The position numbers and the translations under genes are program-made. Below are positions 53,301 to 62,051 of a DNA stretch of 64,000 nt, piece after piece. The stretch is taken from NCBI GenBank assembly GCA_963700285.1, contig CAVOXA010000010.1, positions 1,504,001-1,568,000 of the forward strand, read 5' to 3'. The DNA is from an uncultured Chloroflexia bacterium. Lineage in GTDB: Bacteria > Chloroflexota > Anaerolineae > JAAYZQ01. How positions within the stretch are numbered: the stretch's first letter is position 1; each line of letters begins with the position of its first letter. A model generated the notes under the pieces. That model saw only the letters and a program-made list of their open reading frames with translations, did no database searches and was not told the origin of the DNA.

Positions 53301-55658
53301 TGGAAGGGCGGCGAGAAGCCCATGGACTTTGCCTACCTCAACGCCGTCATCAAGAGCACCGAATTCCCGCCCTACGACCCCTGGTTCGCCGGCGGCTACC
53401 TCAACTACTACTATTTTGGCCAGGTAATGGCTGGCACCCTCATCAAGCTCATCGGCATCGTGCCCGCCGTGGCCTACAACCTCATAGTCCCCGCCTGGTA
53501 CGCCATGACCGCCATGGGCGCCTTTAGCGTCACCTACAATCTGGTCGCCCGCCGCAGCCAGTCCCAAACTACCCGCGACTGGGAGTCCAAAACTGGTTCG
53601 GGGCATTCGCCCCAGCCGGACGAGTCCGAGACCCGGCCCCTGCGCCCTCTCTTTTTCGGCTTTCTGGGCGCTCTCTTTGTGGCCGTGCTCGGCAACCTGG
53701 GCCAGTTGCCCAACCTCCTGGTCAAGCTGGGCGAGGGCATGGTCCAGTCCTTCCAGAGCACCATCCCCGGCCTGGCCGGACTGGTCCGCGTCACCGTCGG
53801 CACCTTCGAGATGCTCTTTAACGGCCGCGTCCTGCCCATGCGTCCCGACGAATGGTACTGGAATGCCAGCCGCGCCATTCCCGCCGGACCCTACGAGGCC
53901 GTTATCACCGAGTTTCCCTTCTTCACCTTCCTCTTTGCCGATCTGCATGCCCACCTCATCGCCATGCCCCTCACCTTCCTGTCCCTGGCCATCGCCCTGG
54001 CCGTCATCGTGGAAGCCGCGGGCCCGCGAGAAGTCGCGGGCACGCAAGAAACTGCGGGGCCGCAAGAAGGTGGCTGGCAGGGCCTCATCCGCAGGCTGGC
54101 GACCCTGTTCCTTTGGGCGCTGGCCATCGGTGCCATGCGCACCACCAACACCTGGGACGTTCCGCCCCACCTCATCATCGTCTTTGGCGCCCTCGTCATC
54201 GCCGAGGCCACCAGAGCATTCGCATCCAGACCACAACACCCGGTACGCCATCCCGATCCAGAGTTTGTACAAGGTGTAAATGACGTATCTGTCATTGCGA
54301 GCGCAGCGAAGCAATCTCTACCTCCAACCACCCACCGCTGGCTCCGACTCCTCTTTTCCGTTGCCTGGCAATTCGCCCTCGTCTTCCTCCTGAGCTGGAC
54401 CCTCCTCTACCGCCCCTTCTGGGACAACTATGGCTCGTTCTACAACAGCCTCGCCCTCTGGACCGGGACCCGCTCTGTGCTCTGGGCCTACCTCGTCGTC
54501 CACGGCCTCTTTCTCTTTGCTATCATCAGCTATCTCTGCGCCCGTGTGCTCGGCGACTGGCGCCAGGACCCGCTGCTGCGCCGCGTAGCGCTGACCCTCC
54601 GCTACCGCCGTCGCCGCCGCCTGCGCGACGTGGCCCGCATCGCCGGCGTCCGCGGCCTGCCCGTCACCAGGCTCCTCTGGGTCCTGCTTGCCCTCCTCAT
54701 CCTCCTCGAACTCGCCTTCATCATCCCCGGGCTCTTTTCCTTCGCCCGGCCCCTGGCCGGTACCGTCGAGGCCGGCGCCTACGTCTATCGCGGCCTGGCC
54801 GTCTTTGCCCTGGGCCTGCCCCTGGCCGTCCTGGGCCTGCTGCTGCTCTTCCGCCCCCGTATCTCGCCCACCGAACGCTTCTGGGTCTACCTCGTCCTCT
54901 TGGGCCTGGCCATGACCCTCGGCGTCGAACTCGTCGTCCTCCAGGGCGACATCGGCCGCATGAACACCATATTCAAATTCTACGTCCAGGTCTGGCTCAT
55001 CTGGGGCGTCACCGCCGCCGCCGCCCTGGCCTGGATGGTGCCCCGCTTGTGGAAATGGCGGCAAGGGCGTGTCCTGTGGCTCGCCGTCTTGGCCGTGCTG
55101 CTCTTCCTCGCCACCCTCTACCCACCCCTGGCCATCTGGGCCAAGGTCAACGACCGCTTTGACACCGATCTGGGGCCGGGTCTCGACGGCCTGGCCTACA
55201 TGCAGACGGCCAACTACTGGGATCCCGCCGACGCCCACTATGACCTCAAGTGGGATCTGGAAGCCATCCAGTGGCTCCAGGACAACGTCGCCGGCTCGCC
55301 CACCATCATGGAGGGCCACGCGCCCGAGTACCGTTGGGGCGCCCGCTATTCCATCAATACCGGCCTGCCCGCCGTCATTGGCTGGAACTGGCACCAGCGC
55401 CAGCAGCGCGCCGGCGCCAACGACCGCGAAGTCTGGGACCGCGTTGGCGACGTCGCTACCTTCTACAATACAACCTCCCCCGAAGCCGCAAGCCAGATCC
55501 TGGACCGCTACAACGTGAGCTATGTCATCTACGGCCCCCTCGAGCGCGCCAACTATGACTCTCCCGGCCAGGAGAAATTCGACCAAATGGTAGCCAGCGG
55601 CACCCTACAACCCGTCTTTACCAACGGAAAAGTAACCATCTATCGCGTGACAGAATGA
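50352..55658 (+). CDS. Large double GT-C protein: PMT/GT39-like domain + DUF2298 (YYY) domain
   Basis: HPDER, YGTLP, VYDHPKV; GGEKPMDFAYLN, PPYDPWFAGGYLNYYYFG, DLHAH, RMNTIFKFY, GWNWHQRQQR. Confidence 0.9.
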   Translation: MGTSDKTDKHTRSHTGWIILLLLAILLLGAIFRFYNVNWDKGTYHIHPDERHTTMVVSAIQWPASLGEYFDTSRSPLNPRNAGSVYFYGTLPLFLTKAVAAQADSFLDLFRQPPQLAQGSDQIAGLTIPASLSSYDQIHLVGRVLSALFDLGSVLLLFFLARRLFDWRVGLIASFLLALTVLNIQGSHYFSVDTFLTFFVLLTIWFTLDVAEGKGWPVFLGLGLAMGLTLAAKVSVFLLVIVVALGAWLRVRHQVFGGRSPRSAFLRTTGGLMLAALVSIFVFRLAQPYAWAGPNYDRYDTVPEPWGQRLRFFEAVPEPIRAVIMPNPQWIADIVSAGAQQTGEADMPWGRQWTERAPWLWPLENILLWALGLPIGIAAILGIILAITNLIRAWRKTRTQPHLATPSPPHPISPSPLLLVPLTWVLLTFFWQGMQYVKSVRYFLPIFPYLSMFAAYLVVSAWDWAKVKGRGAKILAGALATLVLVGALAWAWAFLQIYREPITRVQATRWMYENIESGATLHYRDLDGETGQFQIPLPSTQEYTIDGRWITNAFTAPQDLIATTLVMNNLTGLYGPVDGAFEVQILADLADEVPLARAQIEATFGGPASLAKTQKLVFKLGDVPLAEGQHYYLQTRPLSGAPLVSKGAAIANEHFDDPLPFNMDGRVAFGSGSYRGLDLALYNEDTPEELEAVLDILDEADYISMSSGRLWQSIPRLPMRYPVTTRYYELLFAEQLGFEKAAEFHSYPRLFGFEFDDTWAEEQFTVYDHPKVLIYRKTAAYDRDQARALLSDGVDWDNIAHWLNPRDVPEWKRTHQQEQQSDQEGAGDLKLTAAQRQVQEQGGTWSKIFDRGSLPNRWPTLTWLLLLAVVGLAALPLTLAILGQLPDHGYILARLVGVLMLAWLAWVLTNYTPLNYTRGTIALALALITFVSWGSLIFPGQRRRLLDLWRTRRGLILASELLFLGFFALIWLTRWANPNLWHAWKGGEKPMDFAYLNAVIKSTEFPPYDPWFAGGYLNYYYFGQVMAGTLIKLIGIVPAVAYNLIVPAWYAMTAMGAFSVTYNLVARRSQSQTTRDWESKTGSGHSPQPDESETRPLRPLFFGFLGALFVAVLGNLGQLPNLLVKLGEGMVQSFQSTIPGLAGLVRVTVGTFEMLFNGRVLPMRPDEWYWNASRAIPAGPYEAVITEFPFFTFLFADLHAHLIAMPLTFLSLAIALAVIVEAAGPREVAGTQETAGPQEGGWQGLIRRLATLFLWALAIGAMRTTNTWDVPPHLIIVFGALVIAEATRAFASRPQHPVRHPDPEFVQGVNDVSVIASAAKQSLPPTTHRWLRLLFSVAWQFALVFLLSWTLLYRPFWDNYGSFYNSLALWTGTRSVLWAYLVVHGLFLFAIISYLCARVLGDWRQDPLLRRVALTLRYRRRRRLRDVARIAGVRGLPVTRLLWVLLALLILLELAFIIPGLFSFARPLAGTVEAGAYVYRGLAVFALGLPLAVLGLLLLFRPRISPTERFWVYLVLLGLAMTLGVELVVLQGDIGRMNTIFKFYVQVWLIWGVTAAAALAWMVPRLWKWRQGRVLWLAVLAVLLFLATLYPPLAIWAKVNDRFDTDLGPGLDGLAYMQTANYWDPADAHYDLKWDLEAIQWLQDNVAGSPTIMEGHAPEYRWGARYSINTGLPAVIGWNWHQRQQRAGANDREVWDRVGDVATFYNTTSPEAASQILDRYNVSYVIYGPLERANYDSPGQEKFDQMVASGTLQPVFTNGKVTIYRVTE
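54291..54318 (+). repeat. REP/RPE-like repeat read in frame (VIASAAKQS)
   Basis: GTCATTGCGAGCGCAGCGAAGCAATCTC inside the CDS. Confidence 0.7.
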
Positions 55659-55743
55659 CCCACGCATCAGGCAACCCGGAACACGCATCACCTCCGAGTT
55701 CTCAAAATCGTGTAATATCCACCAGCTCACCGCATCTTAATCG

Positions 55744-56286
55744 ATGGGAGAGAAAGGACCGCTCGTGGGCCAGAGCGACGACACGGCACAGGACCAGCCC
55801 TACGCAGAACGCTACCGCCAATATCTGCCCCGCATCCTCAACTACGTCCGGCTGCGGGTAGACGGCGAAGACCTGGCCCAGGACCTCACCGCCGAGGTCT
55901 TTGAGCGAGCCATCTCCAAGCAGCACACGCTGCGCCGCCAGGAAGCCTTTGGCGGCTGGCTCTTTACCATAGCCCGCAATACTGTTGCCGCCCACTACCG
56001 CGGCCGCCGCCCGATCCTGTCCCTGGAGCAGGCCGCTGACCAATCAGCCACCCAACCATCGCCCCAAGAAGCCCTCCTGCGCCAGGAGGAACTGGCCCGC
56101 CTGCGCGCCGCCCTGTCCACCCTCTCCGACCGCGAGCAAGAGATCATCCGACTCAGATTCCTCGGCGGCCTGGGCAACAAAGAGATCGCAAAAGTCCTGC
56201 ACCTCCGCCCCGGCCACATAGCCGTCATCCTCTACCGTGCCCTACAAAAACTGCGTACCCAACTCGAACCCGACGACAAAGCCTGA
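55744..56286 (+). CDS. ECF sigma-70 factor
   Basis: AQDLTAEVF, WLFTIARN, LSDREQEII..EIA..L. Confidence 0.92.
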   Translation: MGEKGPLVGQSDDTAQDQPYAERYRQYLPRILNYVRLRVDGEDLAQDLTAEVFERAISKQHTLRRQEAFGGWLFTIARNTVAAHYRGRRPILSLEQAADQSATQPSPQEALLRQEELARLRAALSTLSDREQEIIRLRFLGGLGNKEIAKVLHLRPGHIAVILYRALQKLRTQLEPDDKA

Positions 56287-56312
56287 CCGGCAACGCAGAA
56301 CCCGTTCGGAGT

Positions 56313-56530
56313 GCGCGCTCATGGTGTTTGACTACCTAAATGGGTAATTGGGTTCATTTGAACACGCAACAGCCCAATCACGTCATTCTGAGCCGGAGCG
56401 CAGCGGAGGCGAAGAATCTCCACTTACTCAAGTGGAATAACTTGAAAAGCGCAGAAGAGATTCTTCGCTACGCTCAGAATGACGTACATGTAGTATTGCC
56501 CGATTAATTCGTCAAAGTCCATCAGCGCGC
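56313..56530. mobile_element. MITE-like element with nested palindrome
   Basis: 20-bp terminal inverted repeats (17/20 match); inner ACGTCATTCTGAG...GCGAAGAATCTC / GAGATTCTTCGC...CTCAGAATGACGT (56380-56485). Confidence 0.65.
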
Positions 56531-56694
56531 CTCACCAGCGCCCATCCACAAGCAGCTCAGGCTCCACCCGTGGTTCAAACGAAAAAACGGGGTACCCAAC
56601 CTTAGCCTTGTTTTCCTTTGCGTTCTTTGTGCCTTTGCGGTAAAGTCTTGTACCGTCAGTACACTCAAAACTAGAAACCAAGGGAGAAACACCC

Positions 56695-58072
56695 GTGTCA
56701 AACATCCTATGCATCGGCGCCGGCCACGTTGGCGGCCCGACCATGGCCGTCATCGCCAAGCACTGCCCACAGCACCGCGTCGTCGCCGTCGATATCAACG
56801 CCGAAAAGATCGCCGCCTGGCAGTCCGATCGACTGCCCATCTACGAACCCGGCCTCAAAGAAACCGTCCTCAGCGCCCGGGGCCGGAACCTCTTTTTCTC
56901 CACCGAGATCGAGCGCAACATCGCCGAGGCCGACATCATCTTTGTCAGCGTCAACACGCCCACCAAAACCTTTGGCCACGGCGCGGGCAAAGCCGCCGAT
57001 CTGCAATACTGGGAAAAAACAGCCCGCCAGATCCTGGAAAACTCCACCTCGCCCAAAATCGTCGTAGAAAAAAGCACCCTGCCCGTGCGCACCTCCGAGG
57101 CCATGGAGCGCATCCTCAACTCCAACGACAAGGGCCTCTTTTTCGACGTCATCTCCAACCCCGAATTCCTGGCCGAGGGCACCGCCATCCGCGACATGGA
57201 GGACCCCGACCGGGTGCTCATCGGCGGGCGGGAAACCGCATCGGGCCAGGTGGCCGTCCAGGCCATCGTCGACATCTATGCCCAGTGGGTGCCCCGCGAC
57301 CGGATCATCACCACCAACCTGTGGTCCAGCGAGCTGTCCAAGCTGGCGGCCAACGCCTTCCTGGCCCAGCGCATCTCCTCCATCAACGCCATCGCCAACC
57401 TCTGTGAAAAGACTGAGGCCGACGTCTCCGAGGTAGCCCACGCCATCGGCACCGATGACCGCATCGGCCCCAACTTTTTGCGGGCCAGCGTCGGCTTTGG
57501 CGGCTCCTGCTTCAAAAAAGACATCCTGAACCTGGTTTACCTCTGCGAGTATTACGGCCTATTTGAGGTGGCGGCCTATTGGGAACAGGTCGTCAAGATG
57601 AACGAGTACCAGAAAACCAGCTTTGTCGCCAAAATGGTCGACGCCATGTTCAACACCGTCGCCGGCAAGCGCATCGCCCTCTTTGGCGCCGCCTTCAAAG
57701 CCAACACCAGCGATACCCGCGAATTCCCCGGCCATCGACATCTGCCTGGAATTGCTGGAAGAGCAGGCCCAGATCGTCATCACCGACCCCTACGCCCTGG
57801 ACAACGCCCGCGAGGCCCTGGGCGAGGCCGCCGAAAACGTAATCTTTGAGCCAGATCCCTACACGGCCGCCCGGGGCGCCCATGCCATCGCCATCCTCAC
57901 CGAATGGCACCAGTTTGTCGAGCTGGACTATGAGGCCATCCAGACGGCCATGATCCAGCCCGCCTTTATCTTTGACGGCCGCAACATACTGGATCACAAG
58001 GCGCTCCACGACCTGGGCTACAACGTCTATGCCATCGGCAAGCCGCCGCTCACCCACTTTTCCGGTGCATAG
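56695..58072 (+). CDS. ugd: UDP-glucose 6-dehydrogenase (one frameshift near 57730)
   Basis: [50 protein letters not shown]. Confidence 0.93.
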
Positions 58073-58112
58073 CGTTCTGGCTTGGTAGGGTACGCATGCC
58101 ACAGAGGCAAAG

Positions 58113-59009
58113 ATGAGAACAAGCAGCACCGAACAATACCACGCCGAGCAAGTTTCCGCAGCCATCGACGGCCTGATCCACGGCCTCGGGGGCAAGCCGG
58201 GCCAGGCCCATCCAGGCAGCCAGCCCGCGACCACGGATCCCATCGACGCCGGCCTGCTGGACACTGCCCAGCAGTTGGCCCGCCTGCCATCGCTGCTGGG
58301 TCCGGTAGATCCCACGTTGGAGCAGCGGGTCATGCGCCGGGTCCGCGGCGCGGCCGTGCCTGAACGACCACGCCGCTTCAGGTTGGGCTGGGCCGCCGCG
58401 GGTTTGGCCGCCATCTTGCTGACCCTGGCCTTCCTCACCCCGCAGGGCCAGACCGCCCTGGCCAGTTTCATGGCCGTCTTTGACCTGGGTCGCACCGAGG
58501 TCCGCATCACCCCGGTCAATACCCCGTCGACGCTGCGCGCCACGGCAGCCGGCGAGGGCAGCACCGTCCAGGAGCACCTGACCCTGGGCGAGGCCCAGGC
58601 CCTGGTCCCTTTCACCATCCCGCGGCTGGCCTACCTGCCCTCGGGCTACAGCCTGCGCCAGGTAACCAGCCATACCTATCCCGACCTGCCCGCCTGGATC
58701 CCGCAGCCCTTCTTCGTCGAACTCGTCTACGGCGACAGCGCCGGTGGCCAAGCCACCCTGCGCGTCTATCCCATCATGTTGGGCGACCACGCCAGCATCT
58801 CCGGCCTGAATCTCGAGGCCGCTCCCATCCAGGGCGTGCAGGACGTGGACGTGAACGGACAGGCTGGCGTCCTCCTCCAGCTCGGCACCCAGGAGCACCA
58901 GACCGCCTGGCAAGAGATCGTCTGGGAGCAGGACGACCTGATCCTGGCCCTCTATGGCGCCAACCTGACCGAAGCCGACCTCTTGCGCATCGCCCGCTCG
59001 GTTCGATGA
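58113..59009 (+). CDS. Putative membrane anti-sigma factor (DUF4367-like)
   Basis: Cytoplasmic N-terminus, one TM, EAQALVPF..YLPSGY, VNGQAG, WEQDD..LLRIARS. Confidence 0.7.
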   Translation: MRTSSTEQYHAEQVSAAIDGLIHGLGGKPGQAHPGSQPATTDPIDAGLLDTAQQLARLPSLLGPVDPTLEQRVMRRVRGAAVPERPRRFRLGWAAAGLAAILLTLAFLTPQGQTALASFMAVFDLGRTEVRITPVNTPSTLRATAAGEGSTVQEHLTLGEAQALVPFTIPRLAYLPSGYSLRQVTSHTYPDLPAWIPQPFFVELVYGDSAGGQATLRVYPIMLGDHASISGLNLEAAPIQGVQDVDVNGQAGVLLQLGTQEHQTAWQEIVWEQDDLILALYGANLTEADLLRIARSVR

Positions 59010-59124
59010 GAGAGAATTCACCAGAGACAGAGGACAGAGATTCGTTTTGGGGAGCAACCTAGCGTGTCATCCTTCACTCACCACAGACCAGACTTCAGTA
59101 CACCCATCCAATCCCCTGCTCGAT

Positions 59125-59246
59125 ACTGTGCGAAAACACTCGTGCTGGACCCGATCCCCGCACTTTGGGGACACAGTCCAGCACCTGCGCCCACGAATCG
59201 GCGGACTGTGGTCCGCCTGGAGCTGGTGAGTGGATTTTCACACAGT
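59125..59246. mobile_element. Small MITE-like element
   Basis: Ends ACTGTGCGAAAACACTC / GAGTGGATTTTCACACAGT; internal palindromes GCTGGAC..GTCCAGC and GCGGACTGTGGTCCGC. Confidence 0.55.
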
Positions 59247-59362
59247 CTGGCTCGCGGTGGACCACAGTCCACCGCACAGGGGCACACATATAACAAAGCT
59301 CTTACAAAAAACCTCCGTGCTCTCTGTGTCTCTGTGGTTCGCTACGAACTGAGGCGGCCACC

Positions 59363-61978
59363 ATGCTAAGCGTCGTCATCTGGTGGTTGTGGATGCTGGT
59401 CATCGGGCTGGCAGCGCTGCCGCTGGCCCATCGCTTCTTCCGGCGGTTCCCCGGCCGGGGCTATGCTTTCGCCCGCCCCCTGGGGCTGCTGCTGACCACC
59501 TACGTGCTGTGGTTGGGGGGCTCCCTGGGCCTGCTGCGCAACAGCCTGGGCGGCGCGCTGTTCAGCATCCTGGCCGTCGCCGTGCTTTCCATCGTCATCT
59601 ACCGGCAGGGCCGCGCCGCCGATGAGCCCGGCCTCCTGGATTGGCTGCGGGCCAACGGGCGCCTGGTGCTGGCCGTCGAGCTGCTCTTTGCCGGAGCGCT
59701 GGCCCTCTGGTCCCTTCTGCGCGCCTACAGTCCCGATCTGACCACCGCCGGCGGCGAAAAGTTCATGGAGATCATGTACCTGAACAGCATCGGCCGCAGC
59801 GAGTACTTTCCCCCCCACGACGCCTGGCTGGGCGGCTATGGCATCAGCTACTACTATTTTGGCTACGTGATGATGGCCATGCTGGCCCGGCTCTCGGGCT
59901 TCCCGGCCCACCTGGTCTTTAACGTTGGATTGGCCAGCCTCTTTGCCCTCACCTGTACCGGCGCCTTCGGGCTGGTGTACAATCTGGTAGCCGGCACGCC
60001 GAGGGCCGCAGGGGCTGAGGGAGACGACGTCAAGCATAGGAGTCCTATCCTCTGGGGTATTTTGGGCGCCATCCTCGTCGCCGTCATGGGCAACCTCCAG
60101 GGCTTTCTGGAGACGCTCTACGCCGGCCGGCTGTTGCCCCAGCGCTTCTGGCAGTGGCTCGATATCCAGGACATCAACATACCCTTCGATCCCGCCATAG
60201 CCCCCAGCTTTGTGCCCACGAGATCCGGTTGGTGGTGGTGGCGCGCATCCCGCGTCATCCACGACCTGGATCCCCTGGGCGATTCGATGGGCATCCAGCC
60301 CATCGACGAATTCCCTGGCTTTAGCTTTCTTCTGGGCGACATGCATCCCCACGTGCTGGCCCTGCCCTTCGTGCTACTGGCCCTGGCGCTGGCCCTGAAC
60401 GCGCTGCTGTGGGGGAAGGACAGCGTTGAGGCCCCAGTGGGAAGACGGCGGTGGATGGCGTCGCTCAAGCAACCGCCCGCAGGGCTGGGTATCTTGTTCG
60501 TATCGCTTTGCCTGGGGGCACTGTCCTTTCTCAACACCTGGGACTTTCCCATCTACTGGTTGGTTTTCCTGGTCGCCTATGGGCTGGGGCGGTGGGACCA
60601 TTATGGGCAGATCAATCGCTCTCTCGCCAGGGACATGGCCATGACAGGCGGGGCCGTGGCCGTCTTGGGCTTTCTCCTCTACCTGCCCTTCTACATTGGC
60701 TTCCAATCACAGGCAGGTGGGCTCCTGCCGACCATCTATGTGGGCACCCGTTTCCGGCAGTACTTTGTCATGTTTGGCCCCTTTCTGGTGGCCGTTGCAG
60801 GTCTGCTGGCGGTTTTGGTTCTGCGCCTAAAGCAGGAGATACCGGGCCGGCGCCTGCTCGGTAGATGGGCTGCCTGGACCGCCGCTCTTCTCCTACTGCC
60901 GCTGCTACTCATGCTTCTCATCGTGGTCACCCTGCTGCTTACACCTCAGGGCCGGGATATGCTGGAGGGCGTCCGCCGCATTCCCGCTGTCTATGAGATC
61001 GTCGGTGACGCATCGTGGGGGATCTTGATGGCCCGCCTGCTGGGGGTCAAACTCCGTACCTGGGTTATGCCCCTGGTCGTCGCCGCGATGGCTGCGCTGG
61101 GCGCGGTCCTGCTATACTACTCTGGCCCTCGAGCTCCCACCCCGGAGAGAACAGAACCCAGCCACACGGCTGTACCATCCACGCCCCCAACTACCTCCTC
61201 GCATGAGGGACCAGCCCTGAGCCAATCTGCGGGATGGCTCCACTACCCGAGCGTGCGCTTTGTATTGCTCTGCGCCGTCGCCGGCCTGCTGTTGACCCTC
61301 AGCGTAGAGTTCTTTTATCTGACCGACAATTTCCGGGTGCGCATGAACACCATCTTCAAGTTCTACTTTCAGGCCTGGGTGCTGATGGCCATCGCCTGCG
61401 CATTTGCTGTCTATTGGCTGAGCCGCAGGAAGAGCTGGCTTCGCTCAGCCTTGCAGGTCACCTTCTGGCTGCTCTTTGTCATGGCCATGTTCTACCCGGT
61501 ACTGGGCAATGTCAGTCGGGCGGGAAATTTCGACCACTCGCCCACCCTGGACGGCACCGCCTATCTGAGTGGCAGCCAGCCCGACGACCATGCCGCGGTT
61601 GCCTGGCTGAACGAAAACGTGGACGGTGCGCCCATCATCCTTGAAGCGCCAGGTACCGGGGGCAGTTCCTACGTCTACGAGGGACGGATCGCAGCGCTGA
61701 CGGGCCTGCCCACGCTCCTGGGCTGGGCCGGCCACGAGGGCCAGTGGCGCGGCAGCTATGACGTCCAACGTGCACGCGAACCAGATATCGAGACCATTTA
61801 TAGCACACTCGATCTCGAGCAGGCTTTGACCCTGTTGGACAAATATGATATAACCTACGTCTACGTCGGGCAGTTGGAGCGCACCAAGTACGACGCCAGG
61901 GCACTGGACAAGTTCAGGCAATTCATGGACATAGTTTACCAAAAAGGCAACGTGACGATCTATAAAACGGGAAACTAG
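59363..61978 (+). CDS. DUF2298 (Chlor_Arch_YYY) GT-C membrane protein
   Basis: GGEKFME, PPHDAWL, SYYYFGY, WWWWRASR, GDMHPH, NTWD, RMNTIFKFY, GWAGHEGQWR. Confidence 0.92.
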   Translation: MLSVVIWWLWMLVIGLAALPLAHRFFRRFPGRGYAFARPLGLLLTTYVLWLGGSLGLLRNSLGGALFSILAVAVLSIVIYRQGRAADEPGLLDWLRANGRLVLAVELLFAGALALWSLLRAYSPDLTTAGGEKFMEIMYLNSIGRSEYFPPHDAWLGGYGISYYYFGYVMMAMLARLSGFPAHLVFNVGLASLFALTCTGAFGLVYNLVAGTPRAAGAEGDDVKHRSPILWGILGAILVAVMGNLQGFLETLYAGRLLPQRFWQWLDIQDINIPFDPAIAPSFVPTRSGWWWWRASRVIHDLDPLGDSMGIQPIDEFPGFSFLLGDMHPHVLALPFVLLALALALNALLWGKDSVEAPVGRRRWMASLKQPPAGLGILFVSLCLGALSFLNTWDFPIYWLVFLVAYGLGRWDHYGQINRSLARDMAMTGGAVAVLGFLLYLPFYIGFQSQAGGLLPTIYVGTRFRQYFVMFGPFLVAVAGLLAVLVLRLKQEIPGRRLLGRWAAWTAALLLLPLLLMLLIVVTLLLTPQGRDMLEGVRRIPAVYEIVGDASWGILMARLLGVKLRTWVMPLVVAAMAALGAVLLYYSGPRAPTPERTEPSHTAVPSTPPTTSSHEGPALSQSAGWLHYPSVRFVLLCAVAGLLLTLSVEFFYLTDNFRVRMNTIFKFYFQAWVLMAIACAFAVYWLSRRKSWLRSALQVTFWLLFVMAMFYPVLGNVSRAGNFDHSPTLDGTAYLSGSQPDDHAAVAWLNENVDGAPIILEAPGTGGSSYVYEGRIAALTGLPTLLGWAGHEGQWRGSYDVQRAREPDIETIYSTLDLEQALTLLDKYDITYVYVGQLERTKYDARALDKFRQFMDIVYQKGNVTIYKTGN

Positions 61979-62051
61979 GAAACAGGTCCCTTTGTGAGCG
62001 CGGAACACCAATTCACAGATCACGAGTCAACAGACCTGCGAGTGACAAGGG

